Part shown: positions 34,101 through 43,490 of the stretch, piece by piece
How the letters are laid out: each line of letters begins with the position of its first letter
Position numbering within the stretch: position 1 is the stretch's first letter
Assembly: GCA_017616915.1 (NCBI GenBank)
Contig: JAFZXF010000110.1
Location: 1 to 55,031, forward strand
Direction: 5' to 3'
Origin: Bacteroidaceae bacterium
Lineage (GTDB): Bacteria > Bacteroidota > Bacteroidia > Bacteroidales > Bacteroidaceae
Length of the DNA stretch: 55,031 bases
Notes under the pieces: generated by a model
The model's input: only the letters and a program-made list of their open reading frames with translations
Database searches by the model: none
Told to the model about the DNA's origin: nothing
Made by a program: the position numbers and the translations under genes

Positions 34101-34384
34101 TGAGCAACGCGCAGGAAAATCTGCATTGAGGGCTTGGCAGCAATCTGCTGAGTCTCCTAGCCCACTGCGCTAACAAACAGGTGAGTCCTGCCCTTGGGCA
34201 CGTTCAAAGAGAACTTTCCGTCTGCCTTTGTCTCGGCAATTACGTTGGTACCTGTAACTACCACGATGACATTCTGCAGAGGCACACTGTCTTCCGACAT
34301 CACGATGCCGTTGACCTTCATCTGTGCCAACGCTCCTTGCCCTATTGCGAACAGGAGCGCCAAGAGAAATAGGATTTTTTTCAT
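31184..34384 (-). pseudogene. SusC/RagA family TonB-dependent receptor interrupted by one in-frame TAG (codon 76)
   Basis: Track ORFs 34157..34384 (signal peptide plus CarboxypepD_reg-like domain, ending ...HLFVSAVG*) and 31184..34126 (plug plus barrel) are in the same frame. The junction reads GTG GGC TAG GAG ACT CAG. The TAG sits where the conserved Tyr of the (S/I)xGY-x-TQ motif is expected. Confidence 0.8.
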
Positions 34385-34555
34385 GATAGAGAATTTAGAA
34401 TTAAACTTAAATTATCTGATTACTTGTGTTTGTTTCTGATGTTTGTGTTATATAATACAACAAAGCACGCCATCGGGACAAATCGAAACCGATTTCCCTA
34501 CGCGCGTACCTTATTTATATGTTAGTATTATGCAGTGTCATTTGAAAGTCAGCTG

Positions 34556-34563
34556 CAAAATTA
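34556..34563 (-). promoter_or_regulatory. Candidate -7 box TAATTTTG for susC
   Basis: The forward sequence CAAAATTA lies 172 nt upstream of the ATG at 34384. It is the only TAnnTTTG match I found in the 630-bp AT-rich upstream region. Confidence 0.35.
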
Positions 34564-34818
34564 TAACTTTTTTCTACAATTCAAAGCCTTTTTGTGAAAA
34601 AAAATCAAAAAACATTAAAAATTTATACTTACCGCGCTAAAAATATCAATTTTTACACATCAATATGAGCAAAATGTCACCACATCGCCTAAATAGCACA
34701 ACCCATCATTGTGTGGCAATCAAAGTCAAAATAAAGCCGTTTTAAAATCGACAAAGTACATGCCGAAACATATTAACTTCGACCTCACGCCAGGAAAGAA
34801 CGTGCGGAAAATTTTTCT

Positions 34819-34894
34819 ATGCCCTTAAAAATCCATTTGAAAGGGCATTCAAATACATTTTTAAGCCCATCAAAATGCATCTTGATGGGCTTAA
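34819..34894 (-). terminator. Two tandem hairpins downstream of recA
   Basis: The first is ATGCCCTT/AAGGGCAT, an 8-bp stem at 34819-48. The second is TTAAGCCCATCAA/TTGATGGGCTTAA, a perfect 13-bp stem at 34861-94. Both have A/T-rich flanks and there is no clean U tract. Confidence 0.5.
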
Positions 34895-35019
34895 AAATAT
34901 AATGAGAACGTTCTAAATTAAAATTAGGTCGTACTTAATCCGATTCTCCACACTCTTAATCACCGTGCGAACATTATTAATAAATGTAAACACATTGAGC
35001 AGAGAGAAGAGGATTGGGA

Positions 35020-36081
35020 TTAATCATTGAATTCGTCTTCGTCATCCTCGTAGAACGCTCCACTTTGCTCTGCTTCTATGCAGTACAGCACCTTTGCCTC
35101 TATCTCGGCAAACATTTCAGGATTGTCCTTCAGCACTTTCTTAAGTCGGTCACGACCCTGTGCGATGCGCTGTCCCTCATAGCTGAACCAACTGCCCGCC
35201 TTCTGGATAATCTCATAACCAGTGGCAATATCTGCCAGTTCGCCGGCGCGGGAGATTCCTTCACCGAAGGTTATCTCAAACTCTGCCTTGCGGAAAGGAG
35301 GTGCCACCTTGTTCTTAACCACCTTGACACGCACAAGGTTGCCCTTGACCTCATCACCACTCTTGATGGACGACACTCGACGAATATCGAGCCGCACAGT
35401 GGAATAGAACTTCAGAGCATTACCACCCGTAGTCGTCTCGGGATTACCAAACATTACACCTATCTTCTCGCGTAACTGGTTAATGAAGATGCAGCATGTC
35501 TTGGTCTTGCTGATAGTGGAGGTAAGCTTGCGCAGGGCTTGACTCATCAGGCGAGCCTGAAGTCCCACTCTATTGTCGCCCATATCGCCCTCAATCTCGG
35601 CGCGAGGGGTTAGAGCTGCTACGGAGTCGATAACGATGATATCCACCGCAGCAGAGCTAATGAGCTGATCAGCAATGTCGAGTGCCTGCTCACCATCATC
35701 AGGCTGTGAGACGAGCAAATCGGAGATATTTACGCCGAGCGCTGTTGCATAATAAGGATCAAAGGCATGCTCAGCATCGATGAATGCTGCCACACCGCCC
35801 AGTTTCTGAGCCTCTGCCATAGCATGGAGAGCAAGTGTAGTTTTACCAGAGGACTCTGGGCCGAAAATCTCGATGATTCGGCCACGCGGATAGCCTCCCA
35901 CGCCTAGAGCGGCATTGAGAGCTATGCTGCCGGAGGGAATCACTTCTACCTTCTCTACAGGTTGGTCACCAAGCTTCATGATTGAGCCTTTACCAAAGTC
36001 TCTCTCTATCTTATCCATCGCCATTTGTAAGGCTCTGAGCTTATCCTCCATCATATTGGAGGCAGATGATTTTTTTGCCAT
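35020..36081 (-). CDS. recA: Recombinase RecA
   Basis: 353 aa with [32 protein letters not shown]-type sequence, including the Walker A motif. Confidence 0.97.
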   Translation of the reverse strand: MAKKSSASNMMEDKLRALQMAMDKIERDFGKGSIMKLGDQPVEKVEVIPSGSIALNAALGVGGYPRGRIIEIFGPESSGKTTLALHAMAEAQKLGGVAAFIDAEHAFDPYYATALGVNISDLLVSQPDDGEQALDIADQLISSAAVDIIVIDSVAALTPRAEIEGDMGDNRVGLQARLMSQALRKLTSTISKTKTCCIFINQLREKIGVMFGNPETTTGGNALKFYSTVRLDIRRVSSIKSGDEVKGNLVRVKVVKNKVAPPFRKAEFEITFGEGISRAGELADIATGYEIIQKAGSWFSYEGQRIAQGRDRLKKVLKDNPEMFAEIEAKVLYCIEAEQSGAFYEDDEDEFND

Positions 36082-36118
36082 AATTGTTATTTTTTATTGA
36101 TTATTGAACATTATTAGA

Positions 36119-37348
36119 TTAATCATTGTAGTGGGCTGTGATAGCACATATCTGTACAATAGTGTCCATAGCCTTGTGCATCGACGGAATGGGCAGATAC
36201 TCCAATGGACCATGGAAATTTAGGCCGCCAGCGAAGATGTTGGGACAAGGCAGTCCTTTGAAGGAGAGCTGGGCTCCGTCAGTACCACCACGGATGGGCT
36301 GTATCTTGACAGGTACTCCGGCACGCTCCATCGCCTTGATAGCAATATCGATTACGTGCATCACTGGCTCCAACTGTTCGCGCATGTTGTAGTACTGGTC
36401 TTTCACCTCTGCTTTAACTACTGCTGAGCCATATTTTTGATTGAGCCTGTCACACACATCAGCGATGAAGCGCTTACGGTCTTCAAAGAGTTTGCGGTCA
36501 TGGTCGCGAATGATATAGCTTAGTTCGGCTCGCTCCACATTACCACTGAAAGAGGTGAGATGATAGAATCCCTCATAACCTTCAGTCTGCTCAGGAGTCT
36601 CCTTAGCAGGGATCATTGCCACAAGTTCGGCAGCTATGCGAGCAGCATTAAGCATCTTACCCTTTGCATATCCTGGATGCACACTCATACCGGTGACAGC
36701 AATCTTGGCGGATGCGGCATTAAAATTCTCAAACTCCAGCTCGCCAACCTCGCTACCATCCATGGTGTATGCCCACTCGCAACCGAACTTCTCAACATTG
36801 AACTTATGCGCTCCCATACCTATCTCCTCATCCGGATTGAATGCCACGTGGATGTTGCCATGCTCTATCTCGGGATGCTCCATCAGATAGACCATAGCCT
36901 GAACAATCTCGGCGATACCGGCTTTGTCATCGGCTCCAAGCAGAGTGTGGCCATCAGTCACAATGATATCCTCACCCTTATGGCTGAGAAGTTCGGGGAA
37001 GGTCTGAGGCGATATGCGAATGTCAGCCTCAGCATCGAGCACAATATCGCCACCATCATAGCTCTCGACTATTCGCGGCTGGATATCGGCACCAGAACAG
37101 TCAGGGCTGGTATCCATGTGAGCTATGAAACCTATATCGGGAGCTTTCTTGCCACAGTTGGAGGGTAGTACTGCATAGAGATAGCCGTTATCGTCAAGCT
37201 CCACGTCATCGAGACCTATATCCTCAAGTTCGCCTTTAAGGTAGCGGGCAAAAGCCCACTGCTTGTCGGTGGACGGAGTGGTAGTGCTGTCTTCGGCAGA
37301 CTGGGTGTCAAACTTAGTGTAATTCAGAAATCTTTCTACAATGTTCAT
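36119..37348 (-). CDS. pepT: Peptidase T (tripeptide aminopeptidase, M20B)
   Basis: 409 aa with the canonical PepT N-terminus ([14 protein letters not shown]) and [12 protein letters not shown] metal-ligand region. Confidence 0.92.
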   Translation of the reverse strand: MNIVERFLNYTKFDTQSAEDSTTTPSTDKQWAFARYLKGELEDIGLDDVELDDNGYLYAVLPSNCGKKAPDIGFIAHMDTSPDCSGADIQPRIVESYDGGDIVLDAEADIRISPQTFPELLSHKGEDIIVTDGHTLLGADDKAGIAEIVQAMVYLMEHPEIEHGNIHVAFNPDEEIGMGAHKFNVEKFGCEWAYTMDGSEVGELEFENFNAASAKIAVTGMSVHPGYAKGKMLNAARIAAELVAMIPAKETPEQTEGYEGFYHLTSFSGNVERAELSYIIRDHDRKLFEDRKRFIADVCDRLNQKYGSAVVKAEVKDQYYNMREQLEPVMHVIDIAIKAMERAGVPVKIQPIRGGTDGAQLSFKGLPCPNIFAGGLNFHGPLEYLPIPSMHKAMDTIVQICAITAHYND

Positions 37349-37369
37349 AGTAATGATTATTAATGTCGT

Positions 37370-37612
37370 TTAGTTATTGTCTTTGGGTAGCTTATAAGCC
37401 TTGCGGCCGGGAGTCTTCGCCTCGCCCGAGATGGTAGTGGCCAGTTCCGGCTTCAGCTCCAATGCTCGTTTCAGATCTTGCCATGCTCCATCCTTGTCAT
37501 GAAGTTGAAAAAGTATCTGACCGCGTTGCATCAGGAGTTCTGCATTGTCAGGCTCGTTCTGTAGACTTAGCGTCAGGTCTGCCAACTGGCGATATATGTC
37601 TTGTTCATTCAT
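37370..37612 (-). CDS. Small TPR-like protein, function unknown
   Basis: 80 aa. The segment AELLMQRGQILFQLHDKDGAWQDLKRALELKPE looks like a single TPR unit. Confidence 0.45.
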   Translation of the reverse strand: MNEQDIYRQLADLTLSLQNEPDNAELLMQRGQILFQLHDKDGAWQDLKRALELKPELATTISGEAKTPGRKAYKLPKDNN

Positions 37613-37627
37613 TGCGAGGTATGTTTT

Positions 37628-40249
37628 CTAGCTTCTACTTATCTGCAGGCCGTTAGCTGACAGGCTCATCATCACCACTCGAGAAGTAGCACAAAGAGGC
37701 TCCTCTGTTAGTATGCGGCGCAAACGGCAAGCAGCATCAGGGTCTTTTGCTACCATATACATATAGCCACCGCCACCGGCTCCCAGCAGCTTATAACCCA
37801 GACATAAGTCATCGATGCGGCGGCATAGCTCCTGCACTTTTGCAGGATTGGTACCGCTGTCGAGACGGCAGTTGAACTCCCATGAGCGGCGCACCAAGCG
37901 ACCATAGTCATTCATGCTATTCTGTTCTAAAGCGCGTTGCATATTCAGAGCGTGTTGTTTCATCTCTCTCAAGATGACAAGCCGTTCCGCTTCCTTAACA
38001 AACATACCCTTCACTATATCTACAAGTATGTGCTTAGCTGTACGAGTGATGCCTGTGTAGAACATCAGGTGGCAGTTGGCCGCCTCCCCACCGAAGATAT
38101 GTGTTGGCAAATACGTAGCATCTATCTTCTGATTAAGTCCTGGACGGCTTTGCAACAGCTTCACTCCCGGCAGCACTCCACCATACTGATCCTGCCAGCC
38201 ACCACCGGTAGTAAGAAGTTGTTCAAGTACCAAAGTGCGACGACACACCTCCTGCTGACTCCACCCCAGACCGCAAAAATCGGACAAAGTTGCCAACACT
38301 GTGGCGGCCAATATACTACTGGTACCTAGACCGGAACCCGCAGGCACTGCAGCAAGCATTACTATTTCAAGACCGCAACCCATCGCCTCCAGCTGATTAT
38401 GCAACGAATCGTATTCCTCACCGCAAAAACGCGGCAGGAAACCAGCGAGTGCCAGTGCTGCCTTGGGAATAGAGAAAGGCGAACCTACCTTGCCAAACGA
38501 ATCCAACTCCTCATAAGTTGCAATGGTCTCGCTCATACCAAGGTCGATAGAGCGGCACACCATAACAAAATCCTTAATAGGCTTGATATAAACGTGAAGC
38601 GGTGGCTGTCCATTGATATCAAAAGCAAAATTCACTACTTTGCCGCCCTCATAAACAGAATAAGGAGGAGTGTCGGTCCACCCACCGGCGATATCAGCTC
38701 TAACGGGACAGCGCCCACATACGACCTGATCGGGAAGCACTGTCATGCGTGGTACACTCTTGTTACTTAGCATATTGTCCACCAGGCCGTCACGAAGTTC
38801 TGCGAAGGCTTGGTCGTAATCGGCAATTGGAATCTTCATGGCAGGAAGGTGACTGAGTTTGGTGCGCTGAATCTGAACACGAAGTAGTGCTGCCTTTATC
38901 AATATTGTATTGGCTGACACTCGCCGACAGCGACGCCATAACTCACTGACGCCTCTATCGGGCTTCTCGTCTACAAACCAACGCAACATGCTACCCAACA
39001 ACTCTATGTCTCTGCTTACCGGAAACAGCTCTGCGTCCTGTATATCGGCAGTGTTGGAGAAATCCGCAGAGGTTACACCGCGCTTTTCCATCCATTGCTC
39101 CAACCACTGCTCCATAAACATAGTTGACTTATCTGTGACAGCTCCACTGAATTTATCGTTAAATCCATAAGGTCGCAGGACGAAATCCTCCTCATCCACT
39201 GGCACAATATCCACACAGCGACCTTCACTCAGAGTAATTTGCCAATCATTAGCAGGAACACCAGTAACAATATTCCGTCCACAGAGAGTCCAACTGGCAG
39301 GCAAGTACGAATTCTCCACCCACACATTGGTAGCGACATCATTTATAGAAGCTTTGCTGTCGGCATTGAATACAAACTGTGCCTTATCCAATCCTGGCCG
39401 TAGCGATGCTGTAGAACTGAGCAACTCGCGACTGGTGCCATAATGCAGGAAGCGACCGTCAAGGTTAACTATCTTCACATTGAGATCTGCCAACTGATTG
39501 CATGGTTTCGAAGGTTTGCGCCCCAGACCTAGACCATAGTCTCCGTAGAGGTCGTAATAATTTATATTACCATTCTCATCAGAAGCGAGACTTATCAGCC
39601 GCTCCACTGCCCTATCGCTAAGCAGCCATAGACCAATATCCATCAGGAAAGAATGGGTGGTAGAAAGTTCGTTGAGCACCTCTGTCGAAGGTTTTTGCAG
39701 CATATAGTCCAACACGTCAGGCTCCTCGCGACTCACGACGAACACGCCATGATTACTTGCCAACGAAGTAGGCTCCTTCATTCCGAAACAAACCACATCG
39801 GCATCAGGAATGTCACCTATTTCGGACGCTGTGATCATCACATCACCCGAGACAATCATAGTATTAAGCGAAGTCGGAGCATGTTCTATCACGCGGCTAT
39901 AGAAAGGAGTCTGCAGGTCGAGCAGAGTTCGGGCTTCACACGGTTTCTCATTATCACTGATTAGCGGAATAGGAGTAAGCACCTTGCCGCAAGAAGCATA
40001 GGCGGGAATACGCCGGCCACAACCTCCGGCGTGAATCAGCACACGCTTATCTGTCTTTAGCCATTGACTGAATGTTACTTCGTTTCCCTCCGCCTCCTTG
40101 CACCGGCTAAGTAGCCACACTGTGCCACCACCCGACCCCAGTCGACTATCGACAGGATCGGCTGTGCAAAACCAGCTATCGGCACTATGACCTGTAAGTT
40201 CGTGGAAATGCTCCACCAAATTAGGAGGAAGAGAGAGAAGGTACTTCAT
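37628..40249 (-). CDS. fkp: Bifunctional L-fucokinase / fucose-1-phosphate guanylyltransferase
   Basis: 873 aa. The N-terminal region is pyrophosphorylase-like (LGSGGGTVWLL, IHAGGCGRR). The C-terminal part is a GHMP kinase with the motif VPAGSGLGTSSILAATV. Confidence 0.85.
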   Translation of the reverse strand: MKYLLSLPPNLVEHFHELTGHSADSWFCTADPVDSRLGSGGGTVWLLSRCKEAEGNEVTFSQWLKTDKRVLIHAGGCGRRIPAYASCGKVLTPIPLISDNEKPCEARTLLDLQTPFYSRVIEHAPTSLNTMIVSGDVMITASEIGDIPDADVVCFGMKEPTSLASNHGVFVVSREEPDVLDYMLQKPSTEVLNELSTTHSFLMDIGLWLLSDRAVERLISLASDENGNINYYDLYGDYGLGLGRKPSKPCNQLADLNVKIVNLDGRFLHYGTSRELLSSTASLRPGLDKAQFVFNADSKASINDVATNVWVENSYLPASWTLCGRNIVTGVPANDWQITLSEGRCVDIVPVDEEDFVLRPYGFNDKFSGAVTDKSTMFMEQWLEQWMEKRGVTSADFSNTADIQDAELFPVSRDIELLGSMLRWFVDEKPDRGVSELWRRCRRVSANTILIKAALLRVQIQRTKLSHLPAMKIPIADYDQAFAELRDGLVDNMLSNKSVPRMTVLPDQVVCGRCPVRADIAGGWTDTPPYSVYEGGKVVNFAFDINGQPPLHVYIKPIKDFVMVCRSIDLGMSETIATYEELDSFGKVGSPFSIPKAALALAGFLPRFCGEEYDSLHNQLEAMGCGLEIVMLAAVPAGSGLGTSSILAATVLATLSDFCGLGWSQQEVCRRTLVLEQLLTTGGGWQDQYGGVLPGVKLLQSRPGLNQKIDATYLPTHIFGGEAANCHLMFYTGITRTAKHILVDIVKGMFVKEAERLVILREMKQHALNMQRALEQNSMNDYGRLVRRSWEFNCRLDSGTNPAKVQELCRRIDDLCLGYKLLGAGGGGYMYMVAKDPDAACRLRRILTEEPLCATSRVVMMSLSANGLQISRS

Positions 40250-40252
40250 CGT

Positions 40253-40468
40253 CTAATCGTCGAAGTGGGTTTTCCACCAAGGAGTCTCACGCAGTTCGTC
40301 CATCAACTGACGAGCATCCTTCTCACTGCACGTGCCATCAGGAGCGCCTACTACCAACGAATAGCCGAATACCGAGGCACGCGTCATCATCTTACGGTTG
40401 GCTACAGCCATGCCGTGCTGCACTTTACGCGCGTAGGGAGTGAGCGGAGAGTTGTAGTCGTTACGCAT
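40253..40468 (-). CDS. Small hypothetical protein (71 aa) overlapping the zeta-like ATPase gene by 8 nt
   Basis: The ATG at 40468 lies inside ...AGCCATGCGTAA, the end of the upstream gene. The product is MRNDYNSPLTPYARKVQHGMAVANRK.... I rejected the longer track start at 40519. The gene ends 3 nt before fkp. Confidence 0.45.
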   Translation of the reverse strand: MRNDYNSPLTPYARKVQHGMAVANRKMMTRASVFGYSLVVGAPDGTCSEKDARQLMDELRETPWWKTHFDD

Positions 40469-41027
40469 GGCTGATGATTTTGTTATAGCGATCCATGTCA
40501 AAGACAGTAGTCTCGCCATGATTAGTCTCTGCTACAACTACAGAGGTGGTGTTGTTATCTATCAGTATCCAGCGGTCAACTATTTGGCTGTAGGTCTCTA
40601 TCAGATTCTGAATACCTGCATCGTAGCGGCGGCGTATCACATCCTCAGGAATATGATGACCGCCCTCCGAAACTCGCTTGGCCACACGTTTTACAGCCAC
40701 ATCGGGCGACGAAAGCCAGAGGAAGATAAGTTCCACCAGATAGCCCGCCTTATGAGCACGCTTGATCAGGTTCACATACGAATGAGTGGAGAGAGTAGTC
40801 TCTACTGCAAAAGTCACGCCCTTCTTCATCAGGTCGCCAATACGCTGAATCATCAGACGGCCGGCCTCGATGGGCACACTCTCCGGATGAAACGGTGAAA
40901 GACCACGAGCTATCTCGTCTGCGTTGATATACTCATCGCATTGCATAAACTCAGGCAGTATGGTAAAGCTGGCAGTAGTCTTGCCGGCACCGTTACACCC
41001 CGCAATGATATACATTTTCTTAGCCAC
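40461..41027 (-). CDS. Zeta-toxin-family P-loop kinase / AAA ATPase (COG4185-like)
   Basis: 188 aa with Walker A IIAGCNGAGKTT. Downstream are the INADEIA and FAVETTLS motifs typical of zeta/PezT-like phosphotransferases. Confidence 0.7.
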   Translation of the reverse strand: MAKKMYIIAGCNGAGKTTASFTILPEFMQCDEYINADEIARGLSPFHPESVPIEAGRLMIQRIGDLMKKGVTFAVETTLSTHSYVNLIKRAHKAGYLVELIFLWLSSPDVAVKRVAKRVSEGGHHIPEDVIRRRYDAGIQNLIETYSQIVDRWILIDNNTTSVVVAETNHGETTVFDMDRYNKIISHA

Positions 41028-41186
41028 GATATATTCTTTTTGAAATTTGAGGTTTAAGGTATGAAAATTGAGTGTTCTTTACATCTTACATCTAATCGAG
41101 TTTGCAAATTTATGATTTTAGAATCATATATGCCCTAAATCTGACCGCTTTTTTAGCTTTTACGACCATTTTTCCCATTTTTTTAG

Positions 41187-41194
41187 TACTTTTG
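41187..41194 (+). promoter_or_regulatory. Candidate -7 box TACTTTTG for rsmA (near-leaderless)
   Basis: Matches TAnnTTTG and ends 8 nt before the ATG at 41203. Confidence 0.45.
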
Positions 41195-41202
41195 CAACCA
41201 AA

Positions 41203-42060
41203 ATGAGACGACGCGACGTTAAAGCTAAGAAAGCTCTTGGGCAGCATTTCCTCACCGACATCGAAATTGCATGCCGTATTGCGGACACAGTAGATATTGT
41301 GCCTGATTTGCCTGTACTAGAGGTTGGTCCCGGCACCGGTGCCCTCACCGAACACCTAGTAGCGAAAGGACGCGACATCACCGTAGTGGAACTGGATCGC
41401 GAAAGCATCGCCTATCTCAAAGAGCATTTCCCCATGCTTCGGGGCGGACGACTTATTGAAGGTGATTTCCTCCGCATGGATCTGGCCAAACTGTATGATG
41501 GCAAGCCCTTTGTGCTCACTGGCAACTATCCTTATAATATCAGTAGTCAGATTTTCTTCAAAATGCTCGACTACAAGGACATCATCCCCTGTTGCACCGG
41601 TATGATACAAAGGGAAGTAGCTTTGCGACTCTGCTCGGGCCCTGGCAACAGGGACTATGGCATACTTAGTGTACTACTGCAGGCATGGTATGATACAGAG
41701 TACCTCTTCACCGTTGAAGAGAGTGCCTTCAACCCGCCGCCCAAGGTCAAGAGTGCTGTAGTTAGGTTTACCCGCAATGACGTTCACAACCTTGGCTGCG
41801 ATGAGCGACTCTTTCGTCGCGTAGTAAAAACCACGTTCAATCAGCGACGCAAGATGATGCGCGGCTCCATCAAGCCCCTGCTCGCCCAACTTGACAACGA
41901 ACGCGGTAATCAACCACAGCCAATGTTTAATGCACAATCCTCTTTCGACCACACCGCGTTCTTAGAATTACCTATTCTTACCAAGCGACCCGAACAACTC
42001 AGTGTACAAGAGTTCGTGGAACTGACCAACACCTTAGAAAAGGAATACACCGTTTCATAA
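41203..42060 (+). CDS. rsmA: 16S rRNA (adenine1518/1519-N6)-dimethyltransferase
   Basis: 285 aa with KALGQHFL at the N-terminus, the SAM motif VLEVGPGTGALT and NYPYNISS. Confidence 0.93.
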   Translation: MRRRDVKAKKALGQHFLTDIEIACRIADTVDIVPDLPVLEVGPGTGALTEHLVAKGRDITVVELDRESIAYLKEHFPMLRGGRLIEGDFLRMDLAKLYDGKPFVLTGNYPYNISSQIFFKMLDYKDIIPCCTGMIQREVALRLCSGPGNRDYGILSVLLQAWYDTEYLFTVEESAFNPPPKVKSAVVRFTRNDVHNLGCDERLFRRVVKTTFNQRRKMMRGSIKPLLAQLDNERGNQPQPMFNAQSSFDHTAFLELPILTKRPEQLSVQEFVELTNTLEKEYTVS

Positions 42061-42177
42061 TCGCCCAAGCGGTCTTTTTAATACCGTTTTTGCCAATTAG
42101 GTATTTACGTTTCTGCTTTTTTGTCGGTGATTGTGCAAAAAAAATGGATTTCTGTCCTCTTTTTCAAAAAAAAACAC

Positions 42178-42185
42178 TAATTTTG
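42178..42185 (+). promoter_or_regulatory. Candidate -7 box TAATTTTG upstream of corA
   Basis: Matches TAnnTTTG and lies inside the same 17-mer seen at 16039-16055. Confidence 0.45.
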
Positions 42186-42317
42186 CGGCCGTTAATTCAA
42201 ATCGTAACATCTAATGGACGACTATTACGCGGATTATTACAAACGGAATTGAGGCAAAGTGACGGATTTTTAGCATCTCCACTCTGCCTCGGGGCCTTTA
42301 TCAGTGGAGGACTAAAA

Positions 42318-43244
42318 ATGCGAACCTTTTGGAACATCAACCGTACACTGCGTACACTGAATGAATGGGAACCTAACTGCTGGGTGCAGGTTACGTGTCC
42401 CACACAGAGAGACGAAGACTATCTAACCACGGAACTACAAGTGCCGAGTTGGTTTTTGGATGACATCCGAGATAAGGATGAGCGTGCCCGTTATGAATAT
42501 GATGAAGGCTGGGGGCTAATCATTCTGCGCATCCCATACGTTAAGGAAGTGCGCTCACGCACTCCCCACACCACCGTGCCTCTAGGCATACTGATGCATG
42601 ACGATGTGTGCATCACGGTGTGCAACTACGAGACCAATATGATGATTGACTTTGTGAGCTACCAGCAGAAACGTAACCAAGGTTTCACCGATGCCGTGGA
42701 TCTTGTTTTCAGACTCTTCCTCAGCAGTTCTGTGTGGTATCTGAAAAGACTGAAACAAATCAGCGTGCTCATTGACGAATCTAAGCAAAAACTTGATCAG
42801 AAAATCAGCAACGAAGACCTCATCGGTCTCTCGCGATTGCAGGATAGTTTGACGTACTTCGTCACTTCACTTCGTGGCAATGAGACGCTGCTATCAAAAC
42901 TAAAATTCAAGCTGCCGGTGGATGAGTTGGATGCCGACCTTATCGAAGATGTAAACATCGAGATGAACCAGGCACGCGAGACTACTAATATCTACACCCA
43001 CATCCTTGACTCCACAATGGATACCTATGCCAGCATCATTAACAACAACACCAACTCGGTAATGAAGACGATGACTTCTATTAGCATCGTGCTGATGTTC
43101 CCCACGCTGGTTGCAAGCTTGTTTGGAATGAACCTGTTCACCGGCATTGAGGGCACTTGGTGGGGCTTCCCATTGGTAACCGTGCTCTCTATCGGTGTAG
43201 CTGTATTCAGTTTCTGGATTTTTAAACACCGCCATTGGATTTAG
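42318..43244 (+). CDS. corA: CorA-family magnesium/cobalt transporter
   Basis: 308 aa starting at MRTFWNINRT. It has two C-terminal TM helices with the signature FGMNLF (GMN motif). I rejected the track start at 42090. Confidence 0.85.
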   Translation: MRTFWNINRTLRTLNEWEPNCWVQVTCPTQRDEDYLTTELQVPSWFLDDIRDKDERARYEYDEGWGLIILRIPYVKEVRSRTPHTTVPLGILMHDDVCITVCNYETNMMIDFVSYQQKRNQGFTDAVDLVFRLFLSSSVWYLKRLKQISVLIDESKQKLDQKISNEDLIGLSRLQDSLTYFVTSLRGNETLLSKLKFKLPVDELDADLIEDVNIEMNQARETTNIYTHILDSTMDTYASIINNNTNSVMKTMTSISIVLMFPTLVASLFGMNLFTGIEGTWWGFPLVTVLSIGVAVFSFWIFKHRHWI

Positions 43245-43320
43245 CGACACTTAAATATATATAAGGTACGCGCGAGGAACTACGCCACATACACCAACAA
43301 TAGTAGGCGCATCCCAAGAA

Positions 43321-43362
43321 ATGCCAAAAAAGGCAAAAAACACTGCCTTTTTTGGCATTTTC
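43321..43362 (+). terminator. Rho-independent terminator of corA
   Basis: Perfect 15-bp stem: ATGCCAAAAAAGGCA (43321-35) pairs with TGCCTTTTTTGGCAT (43344-58). The loop is 8 nt, followed by TTTCGCATTTT. Confidence 0.75.
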
Positions 43363-43490
43363 GCATTTTATGCCATAAAAAACAACAAAAATGGGTAAAA
43401 AACTTGGGCATATTGAGAAATTTTATTTCATTTGCAGTTCGCAAACCTGTAAAACAGGCTATAATCACTAATTGTTTAAATGATATCAAC

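Noticed and set aside
34474-34497. Hairpin GGGACAAATCG-AAAC-CGATTTCCC in the susC 5' region as a riboswitch or attenuator
   Set aside because: It is a single short bulged stem with no recognisable riboswitch class. I noted it, but it is not supportable as a feature.
19730-34640. Calling the accessory block a mobile element or genomic island
   Set aside because: There is no integrase, transposase, relaxase or flanking tRNA, and I saw no direct repeats bracketing the block. I report only the odd repeat arrays at one edge.
34443-34640. 65-aa ORF in the susC upstream region
   Set aside because: It is AT-rich with no RBS-like context or motif, and it lies in the likely promoter/5'-UTR region.
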